This document shows, piece by piece, positions 49,401-61,893 of a stretch of 64,000 nt of DNA; the first letter of the stretch is position 1, and every line of letters starts with the position of its first letter. This DNA comes from Phoronis australis. Lineage: Eukaryota; Animalia; Phoronida. The DNA is taken from positions 1 to 64,000 of the forward strand of contig NMRA01000954.1 of NCBI GenBank assembly GCA_002633005.1. The letters run 5' to 3'. The translations under genes and the position numbers were made by a program. Below the pieces are notes generated by a model that saw only the letters and a list, made by a program, of their open reading frames with translations, was not told where the DNA came from and searched no databases.

Positions 49401-52400
49401 TGAAATCCCAGAGCGAAATCTCGCCGACATATGCGTTGCTGCCGGTCTCGCAATCGTCGATAGGGCTTGAATTCTTGAATAAGAATACAGTTTCGACTCA
49501 ACAAATTACCTGAAATCCTCCTCAAGTTTTCCAAATAGCGTCTCTAAGATTTTTAAGTTCTTGTGGAGTCTGGATTAGCTGCGCTAGATTGTAGCCCGAC
49601 AACACGAGAAAAATCTCTGGAGGAACACACATGTTGTTGTCACGTGACGTTTGTTTTGAAGTTTTTATGCGTATAGGCCCTATTATATGTGAGAGTAAGC
49701 GTGCGTGTGCTTGTCATCAGATTTCATTTGCCAGAGTAAATGCGATGTAATGATCTAGGTGTGCATTGTATCCAAAGAATTTAACTCAAGCAGTCAAGCA
49801 GAGCGTGTTCTAATATTTAGCTTAGCACTTGCAGGCCTCATCTGCTAAAAAACGTTCGAGAATTATTTCGGTAAGACTGATATATGTCACTCATTGAGTC
49901 GCCGGGTGAGTGGATGCGTGACCGTAGTGAGCTATTCTCCGGAAGACTTGGGGTGTAAGGGTGCGAATGTGTCACTATTAGTGGGTCATTTTGACTTTAA
50001 AAACACCAGTTATGATTAGTTAAATAATTTCTCTTAAAAATAATGCAAATTTTTTACGGTATTAGAAACTTTCGGAAATTAGTGCCAATATTTATTTCTT
50101 GGCGATGCTATGTTACCCGTTTCATGAATAGATAGTTCCCGACTAAATGTCTTCGATGACAGCATAGACTATATCTATGATGACAGCCGGTACATTATGC
50201 AGCGCGCGCTTCTTGGCCGCGTGCTAATACTGGTCGAGTTTTTTTTTTATTAGTTTTCTATTCACGGTTTTCACGTGTACAAAGAAGTTTGGATTCCTGT
50301 TGAGGCCGGAGAAGATCTGTACCGGCAAGATACAGTGCAATTCCAGGGCCGTAGGAAGCGGGGGGCCGGGAGGGGTGGGGGACACGGGCCCCCCAAAAAA
50401 AATTTCAGGCGTCTGGGTTAAACCGTGGCAACCGACATAGGCTTGGTGCCGGGGACAGTCTAGAAAAGAAAGACTGCGAAAAACGGATAAGAGAGAAAAG
50501 TCAAGAGGACATTTAACAAATCTGCATCAGTACATGGTTTACCTTTTGAGGACCCTGGCCAGGACACTGTCGTTAGCCTGAGGGGCTTCGCTTTTGCAGC
50601 ACAGGTCATCTAAACACACATATATATTTCGAAAAACCTAGAAAATTTGGAAAGCGAAGCTTTTGCGGAGCGTATCAATGTTTAAATTCAATAAGTCAAT
50701 TTTGCGAATGCAAAACTATATTTTTCCAGAAGCCCCTCTCTTACAAGGGATAACGGAGACAACTTTCGCTTTATTTTTTTCTCGAAACTGTATATCACTT
50801 GAGAAAAATTGATGACCTGACAGGTAACATCAACTGCTGCGCATTTCCTGATATTTGAAAATATATTTTCATATTTAGGAGCCTCGCCCTTGAAGGAGGC
50901 CATTGATGACATTCAAGTGGCCACCTTTTTGTGCTTTTATTGACAAATTCTTACCCGGCCGCTCAGGGAGAGAGGGTCCAATGTTGGAATCGATTACCTC
51001 TATTTTCCGGTTTTTAGTGAAGTCGTGCTTTCATGTTGAAGGAGGTCACTCCCTGCCTCGTTTTGGGACCACACGATGGTGGAATGAACTGTCAATTTTT
51101 TCCAAGCTTAATGATGTTTAGCCTTTCAACTTAAGGTGTCCCATTTCAGACGGTGCCCTCTCTCGGTGGAGCAGTTAGAGGTGAATGTCCCTTTGTCCCT
51201 CAAAATACATGTATATGTGTGCGTGCAGGACAAGTGTACACAGGCGCTATATCTGCGCGTGCACGATAGGTGTGCACAGGCACTATGTCATCGCGTGCAT
51301 GACAGGTGTACGCAATCAATTATGGTCGATAAAATTTATTACAAATGATTTATTAAAATAGATTAATTTCGACTATTTTTAATAATGGTATGACATGTTA
51401 TAAGATGTTGATAAGAATTAATATTAACGAATGGTGTAATATAAGATCTAAGTTTTTTCATCAGCCCAAGTAATTTATACGACTTCTTGTCACTGACCAA
51501 AAACGATCCTAAGAATAATGCTGTAAACGATGATCATACTGATATATGTGAACGATGATCAGTCTCATCAGAATTCATATCAATCAAAATGGAGGTGCAA
51601 GATTTTTACACAAGTATTACTTATTCTAAGTTTAGAAAATATGATTACTACAGTGAAGAAGACGAACAGTACACAATGTCTATTTTGTTACGTACAACTT
51701 CGTTAAGATTGACGGCAAATGTGAGGGGCAAAACTAAGCCTTTGAACTTGCAAGGAGCAATGTATACTGCATACAGAAGTATGCAACAGTCAGGGCACGG
51801 ACTTCTGGAAGGGAAAGGCGACACAACAATTTGTAATCATCGGCACTAAACATTTTAGCATCAGAAATATTACATAGATTCATTCAAGCAAGTCAGGCAA
51901 ACACATTTTAATTAATAATCCGATGGTGCCACCTGCCGCCCCGAATTGTTGTACCAGAGGGTTCCAGTTCAACCCCATCCTGCAGCCATTCTATTACTGC
52001 TGATGAATTTCTGTAATTACTTCACGTTTCGTCTCTTATATTTGCTAAACGTAAATTGAAACATTAGAACGTTCTAGAAACCATGTGTGGTTAGTTGTTG
52101 CAACAAGAGGGGGTTACATATATCAAACTCGACGAATATCCGTGGCGTTGGCGCAATGAATTTTGGAATTAAATGCTGAATGACGTCAATATGAACATGT
52201 GTCTTTAAACGCTACGCAATATTGCCACAAGTCAAACTTTAATAATTCTGCTAAAACTAATGATTGCCTAAAGGTATTTCAATAAACACAACATACATTC
52301 ATTGACTGGCCTTGGTGCATTACAAGCTTCAAGGTGTAAGACACATCAAATCCAAACAGAAAAAGTATTCTATAAATAGTTCGTCTCACCCACTTGTTAG

Positions 52401-55400
52401 ACGAAGTACAGGCTCTAGTTCCTATTTTTGGTTATACTAATTGTCGTAGCTCGCTATATAAATATAGACAATATAAATCCGTGGTCATGACCATCAATAT
52501 AGAATAGCGGTACATAGGTAGACACTCTATATCCATGGTCATGACCATCAATATAGAATAGCGTGCTATATATATAGACATTCTAAATCCATGGCCATAA
52601 CCATAATATAGAATAGCGACACTGTCAAGTATTCACGAGGGAAGCTGAGATTCCAAGTTCAACAAAAAAATCTTGCACAGCACAGCCATTCGACCCAAAC
52701 AACCGAAAATTTGAAAAGATACAGTAGGATTGCCGCCATCGAAAGGGTGGAATTTTGAAGAACGTGAACACCGCTACTTGGGAATTACAAAAAGGACTAT
52801 TTCCGATGGTTAGTTAAAAAATAATGTTACTGTTTCCGGTAGTATCACAAGAATAGTATCTCTTTTGACGATGGTTACTATGAGTTGTTTGTAAGGAATT
52901 CCCACTTGTGGAAAACACTGCTGTCTAGGCTACTATTTGTAATGATCGTGTACATGTCGAAAGGAGTACTCAAAGATCTCTCGCAATCATAAACAAAGAT
53001 TTCAACGTTTTTTTGTCATTGGAGGTCAAGTTTACATCGTGAACCGTTATAGGTAACTCTGAAAACACACCTTAATACGAATACCCCATCTCCCATATTC
53101 CCCCGGTTACCCGTCAAAAGTCTGCGAGCATGCATGCGGAAATTGCACATAACATTCCTGTTTGATAAACAAATTCGTTGGTTTCTGATTTACTTGTTTA
53201 TATATCTACGAATATCAATAGATTCATAGATGATTTTTGACAATTAGAAGCTACATGTAATCTTGTAAGAATTGGTGATAATTCAGTGAATTTAATTGCT
53301 GCCTGAAGTTGGAAAAATTCTATAATCCTATCCCCAAATAGTAAAGTACACTTAGACGATTTTTGCATATCTAAGATAACTCTCAAAGACATTGATGAAA
53401 TTCGTACACAAAAACCGTAGATAGAAAAATAAATAAATAAATAAATAAATAAAATTAAACTCACTTCTTGGAAAGGTTGTCTTCGCAGTTCCTTGGTGTT
53501 TTTAGTTTCCAGTAGTATTGAGTAAGTATTTTTTATTCAAAACTGAATTGATTGCTTTTCCTGACTGACGTATCCTCGTTAAAAATAAGATGTAACCATG
53601 CAGTAGGCCGCGCAGACTCTCAGTGATAACCACAAGGACTGAATTTGAACTGCAAGCGTTCAGGAAGTGTGTACATTTTTGGGACACAATATCCTTTTCC
53701 CCAGCCACCAGAAACTGAATTACCGGTCGTGTATGAAGTAGGGATTTTGAAACAGCCCCAAAGGCACTATACCAGAGACTACGGGGCCTCATCTTTTCAA
53801 AAAAATCTCTTTGAAAGAATGACCATAATAAAATAAAGTGTTCCCGAAACTGGATCACAACAAAACGAATCCTGACCTTAGAACGAGCGCAGACGGCCAA
53901 TACGAGCAAAGCTGCCTGTCTCAAGTGAATCATATAGTTGAGCTGACCAGCAATTAGCTTTAGTTCATCGGGAATTTCGTATTTTCACACTGTTAGATCT
54001 CAGCTATAGCTACTTGAGGCAGCTCCTCGTTACAGGTCAGTGCACTGGTCCTAGGCCCATTGTTACTCTTCGTGTTGGTTCACAGTTAATCAACTCTTAA
54101 TGGCTGGATCCTCGGGATTGTCCCAGAGGCGGATCCATGATTTTGAGATGGGGGTAGGGCAGAGTATTAGCCAGGGTTTTACCAGTCAGAAATTTGCACC
54201 TCCGAACTGCCAAATGAAATCTGGGAGAATTTTAGGGGGTCAATGTGTCTTGGCCCTCTAAATCCGCCACTGTGCCTCCCCACGTGGGAGATTCGGCATC
54301 GGGAGGACAGNGGTGGTGGCGATGGGGGAGTTGGCGACGTCGAAATGGTTTGTGCCCCCCAATAATTTTTGCCTTCCTACGGGCCTGAATTCCGCTGACG
54401 TACGCTGCGTCTGTGTTTTCAAAGTCCAGACCATAGAGGGGCACATCCCTCGCAAGAGCAGGAAAACTTTTGCGTTCTTTTTGAATCGCGGCGTAAGTTT
54501 GAAGTGTATACGGACATAACGGTGAGGCTCGTAGTCTACAAATTCAGGACTATCGGATCTTTCAGTTCATAAATTGGAGACGTTGGAACTGTAGGTAGGA
54601 CCTAAGACATTTTTTCGCATGCAGTTCATAGGCTGGGCGCTTACTTTAGAGAAGTCTGAAAACGCGTGGGGTCACTTATTGGGGCATCCCGGCGCTTATC
54701 AGGGCGAATAGCGGCAGAATTACATACAGCAGCGTAGTTTAATGCACACAAATTTCACGTCGTGCAAACCAGTCGGCCATTCCACATACGTTAATCAATC
54801 CCAGTAGCCTTTGCGCACCCTAATTTCCGGACATGCGCAATCATTAAATCGACTCGGTTGCAATTCCGCTATTCGCTAAAATCGTAGGCCAAGCTTGCCT
54901 GTGTGGCAGACTTTGAAATGAGTTTTCGAATTATCCTCCATGCGTTTCAAGGTTATCGAGGGTTACAGTGCATTACTTTGTTTCAGAGAACTGGACGGGA
55001 AAGTCGCTTTTAATATCTGTTGATAGGCCAAAACCGGGCTCGGTATCTTTTAAGTAATTAAAAGTTTAGTTTGCTATTATAAATGAAAGTGGATACTATA
55101 TGTTGATCTAAGTTACGTTGATGCGAGTCATAAAGTGAAAATGGAGCACACTGGTTATTAGGTAAGGTGTGGTAAATGAAGGTGACATTTGCATCAAGGG
55201 CATAGAGGAGGTGGTCGTGATCTATTTGATTGACAGGGCATTTAAGAGAAAAATTATTAACACTGTTCATTTATTTTTTTCATTTACAAAATGTTTGGAT
55301 ACCTCTCGAAAATTATGTTGAATTTTTGTGAATTACGGAATATACCGGCTCGTAATTGATTAAGAACTATTTCTTTGCGTCTGGTAATAGTTGTTAAGAA

Positions 55401-56648
55401 GTAGTTGGTGTGTATCTGTGAAACTGAGACGACAGATATCTTTTGACGTCAAGTTTAAGCGATTGAAAACTTTGTGCAATTTTTAGATGACAAGGAATAA
55501 CGTTGCTCAGTTGGATGCACTGAATAAAGAGGAGATTTATGTAATGAATTAAAAAAATTATGAGGGATTACAAACTCAGGCATAGATCTTAAATTTTTGT
55601 TAAAGAGAAGTGAATTGGAATGATTATTTATAGTGTGAAGAATCTTGTAAGTATAAATAAAGATGTGCTGTTTTCTAATGTCTGAGAGTGGCATCCAGTT
55701 AAATGAGTGGAAAGTTTTTGCTTAACACCGGCTTATAGAGCCAGAAAGATACAATGCTGCCTGATACGTGGAGAAATTGTAGTTGTGGTATATCATATTT
55801 GTGTCATTCATGCGCGCACCCAGCCTTTAATATGGGGGGGGGGCTCGAATTTCTGAGGAAGTGGACCTTTTGCTAACAAAAAAAACCGGCTACCACGCCT
55901 TTTTAGAGGACTTTTGTCTTGTTTTCTCGGACTTTTTGGTTAACTGAGGCGGACCTTTTTGCCCACTTCGCCAAATAGAAGATGGGTGGGGTGGCTCATT
56001 CGAGCCCCTCCTGGGTGCGTGCATGTCATTGAAATGAGATGAAATGAAAGCACTACACAACATTTCTAGGTATTGACTCGTCAGCGCTTAGAAAGGATTA
56101 TAGAGTTTTTGATTTTTTTTCATTTTGCCATTCTTGATCATCAAGCGAGACTCTTGAGCTACGGTTCTAGACAATCAGCGATTTCTATGCAAAATTAGTC
56201 AACAAACCCGACAGTTACATTGGTGATTCTTTATAAGCCCCGACCTGAGGCCATAAGTGGATGCCGGGAGTAGTTTGGCCTCTGACATCTTTTCAGCTCT
56301 TTCGACATCAAACTACATGCCAGGAGTTGTCAACAAGACATTTTTGGGTGTTGAAATGGTGGTAGTACAGTGTTTTACGGAAAGAAGTAACACTTGATTT
56401 CTGAGTGTTCTGCAATTACATGGGTGGCGCAGCACTGAAAAAAAGTGTGTGTGTGTGTGTGGTGGAGGCTAAAGCCCCCTCAGCCCCCTGTGGTGCACCG
56501 CCTATAGACCATGTGCGGTGTGGCACTGAAAAAGTGGGGGCTATGGCCCCCCAGCTCTCTATAGTGCGCCGCCCATGAATTACAGTATAGGCCTAAAATA
56601 GGTGTGTTTACGTAACTTACGAAAAAGTACTCATAATTGCTTAACTAA

Positions 56649-56679
<31 letters not shown>

Positions 56680-59600
56680 CGTGTGTGTGTTTGCGTGTGC
56701 GCGCGCGTGTGCATTATTACTGTTTTCAATTGTTTCTGTACTAATTCATTTGTGCAATTGAATGTTTACCTGTTGCCCAGATGTTGTTTTTTGTTAATTC
56801 TATTCCTCGAGGCAGACGTACCGTTTGACCTCACGTGACTGCCTTGGGTTTCCCTAGATGGACATGTTGCATACCTCGGTACACAATAGAAGATGTTTCG
56901 GGTAACCCCCTCTACAAAATCGACGGAATATACTGCTGGATAAAATGTTGCACAGACGTGCCCTTCCAGGTAGGTAGTCCCTGTTGAAGCCACCCAACCT
57001 ACACTGTTATACCACCTGCAGACGGTCTCACATCCTCACGTCATGATGCAGCAGTATTGTCACTCAAGCCCACAGCAAAGCTATCAGTTAGTGAACACCA
57101 GGGACATTACGTAATTTTCTCGTGAGAGACCGTGGGGAAAGACTGAACGGTCAGCCGATCACATTTTACTTTCCATGAAACTAAGATCTTGCCTAATAAT
57201 CTTTACCTCTTCGCCTTATTCGGTGCCATATTTAAATTTCATAGTTTAAGTGCTTATGAAAATGACATATCAGTGCCTTTCCTCCATAAATATCGATGAA
57301 TAACATTTGGCAAGATTTGAACCGTCACAAAGGGTTATAGCTGGCTTAGAGCGGTTTCGCCTTTATGAAACCTGGTTCACCAAAGTAATTTTCATTCAGT
57401 TCTGAAGAATTTTAACGCAACCGGCTAAAGCTCAATGTGATACGAATAAACGTTGGGTAAACACGTTACAATCTATGCAAGGGCCACGTGGACAATGTTA
57501 CAGTCCGTTTCAGCACGCGCTCGGACATGGTGAAAACTACTTTAGTGTGGCGGGGCCTTGACAAAAAACTTTAAAACTGGCTTACCTTGACATTTCAACA
57601 ACCATAGCGATGGCACATGCACATTTCACTAACTTTATTTAAACAAGAGCAACGCGGAGCGTTGAAATGCGCCCACGAATGCACCACAAACGGTGTGCTT
57701 CTAGGGTTATTTATTTGTATCATAAAAATGACCACTAGGTGGTGCAAATTACGTCGAATCCATCCGAGATCGGGAACTTGCCATCTTTCTTTTAGTAGAG
57801 AGCTAATTACCAAATTTCATAACCATCTGCAAACAAAGGAAAACGGAAAAAAAGAAATTGCCACTAGGGGACACATCGTTCGTCGAATCCGTCTGAAAGT
57901 CGTCGCCGTCTGTTGTTAAATTCACATAAATACACTTATTAAATTTAATAAAGATTCTGCAGTGGGTTTATGAGATACAGCTGTGGGCACATAACAACAC
58001 TGCCACCAGGAGGTGCCACATTAGTCGAAGTCGTCATCGTCAACTGTCCTCTTCACACTACGAACATATACGCCAATTTTCAAATTCATCCTTAGAATGG
58101 TTTGGTTGACAGAGGGGCGGACACCAAAACACAGACTCGAAAACAGCAATCATGGCCACCAGGTGGCGCAAAACACTTCGAATCCATTCGAAAACGGAAG
58201 GATAATGTCATCTCACCAGTAGATGCCTATATTTCAAATTTTATGAAAATCCATTTAGAAACTTTGAAGATACAGAGGCAAAAGTAAAAAAATAGAATTG
58301 CCACTAGGGGGCACACCGATAGTTAGATCCGTCCAAAAGTCGTCGTCGTCCATTGTCAACTTCATATAAATACACTTGCTAAAAGGGGCTATTCGGAGAA
58401 TTCTCCCGTTGTCGCTGCTGTACTAGTGGTGATTGAATTGCGCATGCGTCGCTGTCTGCATGTAAACAGCTGGTAAAAAGACGGATTGTTATGAAAATAT
58501 GTCGTCGCGCAGTCTTATTATTGCCATTTTCTCTGGTGCAAGTCTTCTACAGGTGGTCACAAATTACTAAAAGACCTACATTCGTGGAGCATTGCGGTCA
58601 AAAGGGTCAACCAACTGACAAAAAGTGTGTGGATGCCGAAGCCCCTTTGGGAGACTACATAACGTAACTTGGTAAGTTTTTAGCAATCAAGTTTCTATCG
58701 ACATCGTTCGGTGATGTTATCCCCACCAGTTACCCCTCTGAATAACGGGTTTATTGAATGGAACTAAGTGTTTCTTTTCGGAAACTCACCCAGGACTCGG
58801 ATGCCGGGTATGCTAGCAGCACATATTCACATATTGTCCTCCAGGGTGGGAATGCTCCCAATATAAGAGGTGTATGGTACGTGACGCTCAGAAGTCAAGG
58901 ATGACTTTCACAGCAAGTTCTCTTCAAAGCTATGCTATGTCCAATAAGATTATCTAGACGAGTGAGTTTCCTTATTTTATGGCGGACTCCACCCCAAGGA
59001 CTACCAGATTAGTTACTGAATTAACCGATGAATAAGCTATTCAGTAAACGTCATAACATTGCATTAGAATAAAAATTAACACCTAGAATGAATTTTACTT
59101 GTTGAGGTCAGATACACATTTTAGGTGTCGTGAAAAATACACATTATTAAATCACTTTTAGCCTGTTTCACATAGTTTAATTCAGATCTTAAATAAGACT
59201 TGGGTACAAAGATTATTAGTTTCTACACATAAACATGAAGATGAAACGTCAAGTATGTTCTGCCTTACTAAAGTAGTTTTGTCTTGTGTTTTCTTTTATA
59301 ATTTGTTTCTCCCGCTATTCTGTTACAGGTGAGAGAAAACGACTGAAACCAGCCGCCTGACTTTCTATTTTACCTTTGGACAAAGTGAAAAGCAATCCTT
59401 CAGCATTAACCTGAGAGAATCGAACAAAATTCAGAAATTCAGCCCTTGATATGCCTGACTATGGACTCCATTGCTAGGGAAAATTACATTTGTTTTTAAC
59501 AATGTTGTTTTTTATATACTTTTCTTGCATGAGGAACTTTTGTTGTGGACAAGTTAACACAAAACTTGTTCAAAGGCCTTCTGAAGAAAGCTCTAAAAAC

Positions 59601-61893
59601 AATTACACACATAAACAAATCAAATGCAAACAAAGGGAATACTTCATTTTTATCGCTGCACATTTCTAGAGGTCAACACTGAGGAAAACGACCATTCGCA
59701 AGCGTAATCGCTAATCATTTCAGCTTTATAAAGAATAAGCACAACTGCACTGTGCGGGCCTTTAAAACTGAGGAAATATTGTGGTTTCAATAATTAGTGA
59801 CAATTTTGCCTGTTGATGAAAATTTTATTCATCATCAAAGTGTAACATTAACGGGCTTTCTACTGACAATAAGACAATCGATGCAGTCACTGAATGTCAT
59901 TTCCGCATAATGTGTACCAAATTGAAAAGTTATTACCATTAGCAGAAAGCCTTTCTTATGAAAGGAAAAGTTAATGTCACTCAGTGAGAAAGGACAGGTA
60001 TTTATACCAGATGCTTTTGGTTTTCATTTCACAGAGATCTGACTTGTGTAGCAGTCAGATATAGTTCCTCTTCATACACTAGCAACACGTTGTCTTATGG
60101 TAACTTCGTACTGCGATTCACATTTCACCAGAGCCACTGACATGTACATTGTGCCATGCAGCACTAATGGTGTGTGGAAATGCTATGGGCAGGAGTAACA
60201 AAGCTTGTTCGTTGTCTTCGATGAAGAAAGTAGGCTTCAGTTAACAACAGATCTACACTGGATGGGAAGATCTTGCTGGTTAGCTGCAGTCAACTGCTTA
60301 AAACCAGTTTTTGTCCATTCAGGGTCGATGCAGAAGCGATGCATATCTCCTCTGCATGGTACAAGCCCTCAAACCTAAAAATCAAAGATCACGTGAAAAC
60401 AGACATGATAGATTTTCATTTCAGCGTGTAATAAATTTCCGGAAGACACAGGATAGGGAGTAAACAAATAGTCTAATGTATATTTACGTACCTTTGCCAT
60501 GGCATTGGGCTTGGATTGTAATCTCACCGCTAACTAATATCGAATTAAACATTCAGCATTCATTGATGTAACTGTCACTGATAAACCTTTGATGTACGAC
60601 AACATCCCGAGTGCTACGTCAAGTATCGTAACACGCATCACAACAAAGATTAACCCGACTGGCGACTGCCGTGAAGTCGGCATCGGCGATTATCTCAGTT
60701 ATAAGGCATCAGTAGAATAAACACAGAATAATTGTTAAAATAATCACAAACCTTACCTTTGTATAAGGTAGTACTTACTTTCTCTCATAGAGGCCCATTT
60801 CACGCAATCTCACATTCAGTTGGCACGCCTACAAGCCATATCACCATGTATTTAAAGGGCTCGCGAAATCGCGGCTGTTAATCTATCACCACTAGTACAC
60901 GCGCGCCCTCTAGTTAACGTAAATTTTCCGAATAGCCCCATTTAGTAAAGATCCTGCAGAGGGTTTAGGAGATACAGCCATTATGGGCGCAAAACTAAAC
61001 AAAACTGTCACTAGGAGGCGCCACAATAGTGGAAGTCGGGAAATCATCGTCAGCCGTCCTCTTCATAGTAATAACATACATGAAAATTTTCACAATCATC
61101 CTTAGAGCGATTTGGGTGATAGAGGGGCGGACGCCAAAAACAGGCTCGAGAACAATTAAAATGGCCACTAGGATGCGTAGAATACCTCAAATCTATCCGA
61201 AAACGGAGGGATAGCGTCATCTCACCAATAGCTGCCTATATTCCAAATTTTATGAAAATCCGTTGAGGAACTTTGAAGATACAGAGTTAAACTAAAATTG
61301 CCACTAAGGGGCACATCGGTAGTCGGATCTGTCCGAAAGTTCCCTCTTGCCGTCCCATCCAAGAAAGAAGCACGTGCAAATTTTCATGAACATATATCAA
61401 AGGGTTTTGGACGCCGGATGGACGTGCATGACGGCATAATGCGTCCACATATAAATATGTGGGGGCATAATGAATAACAAATGAACATTCGTCTTCTAGG
61501 TTTACAATCACGACCGCAGTAAACAAGTTGGAACGATTATGAAGCACTGGGGCGGCATTCGTGAATTGTTCGGCGGAGTCAACGAATTCAGTATAACGTG
61601 TAAGAATGTATTTTATCGTTATTCTTTCTTTCTAAGAGAATTTGAGAATGGGCGAGTGAGGGAGGAATTGGTCGGAAAGAGAAGAGACTGGAAGGAACAG
61701 ACCGAACTAGTTATAATATTCGTTTTTGCACACAAGTCATTATTAATGTCAATGTTTTGCAAAGAATTTCAACGTGGGATTAAATTTTTGTTGTTTCTCG
61801 ATTACAGATTCCGTACAGCTAGACGTGCTCCAGAAGGCTATATTACTGACCGCCATCTTCCTCGTGGATTTTATGTATTACGAAAGCAAGTAG
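40268..61893 (+). CDS. PLSCR: Phospholipid scramblase family protein (PLSCR-like), 6 coding exons, ~245 aa
   Basis: Exons 40268-40433, 44032-44109, 44472-44667, 56858-56969, 61500-61599, 61808-61893 splice in frame (738 nt). Scramblase motifs: TLEVVTGCEMRNRY, RNC...RPFEM, RPLRCQGCCCCCCLQ..IECPPG, WTCCIPRYTI, GTIMKHWGG, LDVLQKAILL.AIFLVDFMYYE. Confidence 0.92.
40445..40660 (+). mobile_element. Helentron/DINE-like fragment
   Basis: TTATGCGTCCACATA 5' end and one or two core units. Confidence 0.5.
40889..41839. mobile_element. hAT-like MITE with nested MITE (40935-41723)
   Basis: Outer CAGGGGCGGAT..ATCCGCCACTG, TSD CATGC; inner CATAGGCGGAT..ATTCGCCACTG, TSD GTATT. Confidence 0.85.
42664..44006. 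mobile_element. Tc1/mariner (pogo-like) non-autonomous element
   Basis: TA TSD, TIR CCGG(C/G)GTTTTCCGTAGATAAGC, subterminal GGGCGTTTATT motifs. Confidence 0.8.
44032..44109 (+). CDS. PLSCR: Scramblase coding exon 2 (VVTGCEMRNRYLIVNDSSQQIFRATE)
   Basis: tttacag acceptor, G|gtgaga donor, 78 nt phase 1-1. Confidence 0.9.
44472..44667 (+). CDS. PLSCR: Scramblase coding exon 3 (Cys cluster)
   Basis: ttttcag acceptor, GA|gtaagt donor, RPLRC..CCCCCCLQ. Confidence 0.93.
45527..49027 (-). mobile_element. 5'-truncated L1/Tx1-clade LINE (RT + zf-RVT), degraded
   Basis: TPGPDGFTVEFYK, NWRPISLLN, GCKQGDPLSPYLF, QYAGDT, CTFCKSEPETLFHL; 13-bp TSD CAAAGGCCGACTT at 45514-45526 and 49028-49040; AATAAA near 3' end. 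Confidence 0.92.
46127..47022. mobile_element. Solo LTR inside the LINE
   Basis: TGTCAGA...TCTGACA termini, 5-bp TSD TGACA; removal restores LINE frame (RIISCNSYLVKIGVSSSPLCTFC). Confidence 0.85.
52450..52620. repeat. ~55-bp tandem repeat x3
   Basis: ATCCATGGTCATGACCATCAATATAGAATAGCG units. Confidence 0.75.
54124..54272. mobile_element. Empty (no nested insert) copy of the 40889-41839 MITE
   Basis: Colinear with 40889-40934 + 41729-41839. Confidence 0.8.
55440..55790 (-). pseudogene. Old LINE (CR1/RTE-like) 3' ORF remnant
   Basis: YQAALYLSG...FNWMPLSDIRKQHIFIYTYKILH resembles post-RT L.W..L..RR..H...YK motif. Confidence 0.5.
55809..56025. mobile_element. hAT-like MITE
   Basis: CATGCGCGCACCCAG..CTGGGTGCGTGCATG, TSD TCATT. 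Confidence 0.8.
56419..56577. mobile_element. hAT-like MITE (dimeric)
   Basis: CATGGGTGGCGCA..GTGCGCCGCCCATG, TSD AATTA. Confidence 0.75.
56649..56712. repeat. (GT)n/(GC)n microsatellite
   Basis: Direct observation. Confidence 0.9.
56858..56969 (+). CDS. PLSCR: Scramblase coding exon 4 (WTCCIPRYTIED...CCTDVPFQ)
   Basis: ccctag acceptor, CAG|gtaggt donor, phase 2-0. Confidence 0.9.
57641..61470 (-). mobile_element. Helentron/DINE-like complete copy interrupted by ISL2EU-like element
   Basis: Reverse complement of 9741-10991 architecture, both ends present. Confidence 0.78.
58385..60939. mobile_element. ISL2EU/Harbinger-like DNA transposon relic
   Basis: TIR GGGGCTATTCGGA; inserted at the AT of host ctaaATttag (right AT intact, left AA); weak THAP-like remnant near 58500-58650. 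Confidence 0.6.
61500..61599 (+). CDS. PLSCR: Scramblase coding exon 5 (VGTIMKHWGGIRELFGGVNEFSIT)
   Basis: cttctag acceptor, T|gtaaga donor. Confidence 0.9.
61808..61893 (+). CDS. PLSCR: Scramblase last coding exon (C-terminal helix, stop TAG)
   Basis: ttacag acceptor; YSVQLDVLQKAILLTAIFLVDFMYYESK*. Confidence 0.92.

Larger units (their letters stand above)
50344..54387. mobile_element. Large hAT-like TIR element (~4 kb) with nested MITE
   Basis: CAGGGCCGTAGGAAG / CTTCCTACGGGCCTG inverted ends, 5-bp TSD AATTC; no intact transposase seen. Confidence 0.72.

Noticed and set aside
53198-53933. Minus-strand ORFs as candidate hAT transposase
   Set aside because: No recognisable DDE, BED or dimerisation motif by eye.
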